A stretch of DNA of 62,628 nucleotides from Chiloscyllium plagiosum (taxonomy: Eukaryota): the NCBI RefSeq assembly GCF_004010195.1, contig NC_057718.1, forward strand, positions 66,750,590-66,813,217, in the 5' to 3' direction. Under the pieces are notes generated by a model that saw only the letters and a list, made by a program, of their open reading frames with translations, made no database searches and was not told the DNA's origin. Both the position numbers and the translations under genes were made by a program. Positions 61,445-62,628 of the stretch are shown piece after piece. Within the stretch, counting starts at the first letter, position 1; each line of letters opens with the position of its first letter.

Positions 61445-62628
61445 AATATTGATTGGAAGCTCTTTAGATCAAGTAGATTGGACGGGGCAATGTTTGTGCA
61501 GTGTGTCCAGGAAGCTTTTCTAACTCGTATGTAGATTGTCCGACCAGAGGGGAGGCCATATTGGATTTGGTACTCGGTAACGAACCGGGACAAGTGATGG
61601 GCTTGTTAGTGGGTGAGCATTTTGGTGATGGTGACCACAATTCTGTGAAATAGAAGAGGTCTTGAATGATTACGTTTCTTCAGCATTTACAAATGAGAGG
61701 GACCGTATTGTTGAAGAGGAGAGTATGAAATGGACAGGAAAGCTAGAGGAGATACTTGTTAGGAAGGAAGATGTGTTGGGCATTTTGAAAAACTTGAGGA
61801 TAAACATGTCCCCCAGGCCTGACGGGATATATCCTAGGATTATGTGGGAAGCAAGAGAGGAAATTGCAGAGCCCTTGGCAATGATCTTTTCGTCTTCACT
61901 GTCAATGGGCGTGGTACCAGGGGACTGGAAAGTGGCGAATGTTGTGCCCCTGTTCAAAAAAAGGAATAGGGATAACCCCGGGAATTACAGGCCAGTTAGT
62001 CTTACTTCTGTGGTAGGCAATGTAATGGAAAGGGTACTGAGGGATAGGATTTGAGTATCTGGAAAGACACTGCTTGATTAGGGACAGCCAGCATGGATTT
62101 GTGGGGGTAGGTCTTGCCTTAGAAGTCTTATTGAATTCTTTGAGGAGGTGACCAAGCATGTGGATGAGGGTAGAGCAGTGGATGTAGTGTACGTGGATTT
62201 TAGTAAGGCATTTGATCAGTTTCCCCATGGTAGGCGTATGCGGAAAGTCAGGAGGCATGGGATAGAGGGAGGTTTGGCCAGTTGGATAGAGAACTGGCTA
62301 ACCGGTCAAAGTCAGAGTGGTGGTAGATAGTAAATATTCAGCCTGGAGCCCAGTTACAAGTGGAGTTCCGCAGGGATCAGCTCTGGGTCCTCTGCTGTTT
62401 GTAACTTTTATTAATGACTTGGAAGAGGGAGTCGATGGGTGGGTCAGTAAATTTGTAGATGATACGAAGATTGGTGGAGTTGTGGATAGTGAGGAGGGCT
62501 GTTGTCGGGTGCAAAGGGACTTAGGTATGATGCAGAGCTGGGCTGAGGAGTGGCAGATGGAGTTCAACCCTGTCAAGTGTGAGGTTGTCCATTTTGGAAG
62601 GACAAATAAGAATGCGGAATACAGGGTT
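61445..62628 (+). mobile_element. CR1 LINE, internally deleted near 61650, running off the window end
   Basis: Endonuclease end (ILDLVL...GDHN), then PDGIYPR, NYRPVSLTSVVG, DFSKAFD, GVPQGSALGP, FVDDTK. Confidence 0.92.

Overview
Repeat-rich vertebrate genomic DNA. The HE1-type V-SINEs, HER1/CR1 LINEs and Penelope elements indicate a shark or other elasmobranch; this is inferred from repeat content. Two genes that the ORF track only partly shows can be reconstructed. (1) Minus strand: coding exons 1-7 of an NADPH oxidase catalytic subunit (19916 down to 3973; 265 codons; all GT-AG; four heme-ligand histidines intact). Its residues and exon sizes fit NOX3 better than NOX1 or CYBB. Exons 8 onward were not found and should lie left of the window. 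(2) Plus strand, about 26 kb away and divergently oriented: a CpG-rich promoter and a coding exon (46265-46509) for a divergent HCN-channel N-terminal 'HCN domain'. It ends ...IHPYSTFR at the same phase-2 intron position as HCN exon 1, making it a candidate HCN-like/HCNL channel. The remainder is nested retroelements: one L1, many CR1, Rex1, HE1 SINEs, solo LTRs, MITEs, and at least four Penelope-like families. The Penelope ends carry minimal hammerhead ribozyme motifs, often in fold-back palindromes. There is a 165-nt N gap at 42017-42181. Repeat boundaries are approximate; exon boundaries were read base by base.
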